NCBI GenBank assembly: GCA_964534175.1
Contig: CAZHNS010000009.1
Coordinates: forward strand, 460 to 64,459
Direction: 5' to 3'
Source of the DNA: an uncultured bacterium
GTDB lineage: Bacteria > Hydrothermota > UBA3072
Length of the DNA stretch: 64,000 nt
The stretch's first letter is position 1, and every line of letters begins with the position of its first letter. Positions 63,346-64,000 of this stretch are shown one piece after another. The notes under the pieces are model-generated. The model made no database searches, had not been told where the DNA came from, and saw nothing but the letters and a program-made list of their open reading frames with translations. Position numbers and translations under genes: made by a program.

Positions 63346-64000
63346 ATGCTTTTAATAATATTTTCACTTTTTCCTCCCTTAAGAGCTGCGGAGGAATTTG
63401 GTTTTGGTAATATACCTAATGAGCCTGAAAATTCTTTTTCGGTTACCTACCAGAATCTATACGCCGTACCAGAACTCCAGACAGTCAGAATCGATTGGTT
63501 GAATGATTCCTATGGACTTGGTATTTCGCATTTCGGTACTTCTTTCTACAGGGAATTAATATTAGCAGGTATTTTTATCAAACAAATAGACCAAACTTTC
63601 TTTATGTTCGAACCTTCTCTTTTAAATTTATCTCAGGAAGATGAAAACAATTTCGGATTCACTGCAAATTTCTTAATCGGCCTTTCCCTGCCAAACCACG
63701 GAGTCTACCTCAGAGCCTATCATCCTGTTTCGTGGATAAGAAACAGCACGATTCCTTCTGAATTAGAATTATGCGGTGTTTACCGGGATGAGTGGAACAA
63801 AATCGGAGTTAAGATTAACTTTACAGAAAACTGGGGCATAGGATTAGGCTTCGGATACGAAATAAGGTTCCCGACCTTTAATGCCTCTCTTGGCCTGTTA
63901 ACCAATCCTTTAATTCCTACTGCAGGATTTTCATTTGAATTCTCAAAAATGGGATTCGTAGTAGGCATTCAAAATCATCCGTATCTCGGCCTATCGGAAA
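63346..64000 (+). CDS. Putative outer-membrane beta-barrel protein, 3' end outside window
   Basis: Hand translation MLLIIFSLFPPLRAAEEFGFG... stays open to the window end; signal peptide, amphipathic strands, HPYLGLS near the edge. Confidence 0.7.
   Translation, partial: MLLIIFSLFPPLRAAEEFGFGNIPNEPENSFSVTYQNLYAVPELQTVRIDWLNDSYGLGISHFGTSFYRELILAGIFIKQIDQTFFMFEPSLLNLSQEDENNFGFTANFLIGLSLPNHGVYLRAYHPVSWIRNSTIPSELELCGVYRDEWNKIGVKINFTENWGIGLGFGYEIRFPTFNASLGLLTNPLIPTAGFSFEFSKMGFVVGIQNHPYLGLSE

Noticed and set aside
591-63968. Many 60-230 aa ORF-track entries overlapping larger genes (for example 9954-10373, 18937-19404, 20600-21070, 24162-24602, 40473-40835, 60799-61488)
   Set aside because: They are antisense or off-frame shadows of well-supported genes, with no motifs or SD of their own

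Overview
AT-rich chromosomal segment from a diderm bacterium. It encodes TolC, a TonB-dependent receptor, beta-barrels and several secreted proteins ending in FlgD-Ig/T9SS-like sorting domains. By inference this fits an FCB-related candidate phylum such as WOR-3. I found no rRNA, CRISPR array, IS element or prophage. In order, the window holds: a partial nucleotide-sugar dehydrogenase; methyltransferases; a lamin-tail secreted protein; a DnaA-box-rich non-coding island; a porin; GT2, Csp and DUF2723 genes; the ispE-spoVG-tRNA-Gln-prs-rplY-pth-rpsF-ssb cluster; an lsrF-epimerase-aldolase/SDR operon; a TetR-RND efflux operon; fur-TBDR-methyltransferase; a PKD/PQQ-repeat protein; queDEC; a large S8 protease; an RCK channel; nadE; a fibre-like/coathanger secreted pair; an M16-pseudo-aminotransferase-dut-patA-like-pimA-like-deacetylase operon; and a glycan-sulfation locus (YfhO, flippase, two GT4, sulfotransferase, two AlkP/NPP proteins, TauE, cysN, cysD). 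Strongest leads: (1) a CysD that keeps the CC...CxxC iron-sulfur motif of APS reductases, in a sulfotransferase operon with no cysC; (2) genes that can only start at AUA (pth) and CUG (S8 protease); (3) a channel with FLGELG in place of TVGYG; (4) a PatA/PimA(PIG-A-like)/deacetylase glycolipid trio; (5) LsrF without the AI-2 genes; (6) a recurrent TTGACA-N16-TAnnnT promoter form with many apparently leaderless genes. All calls come from motif reading by eye; no database searches were run.
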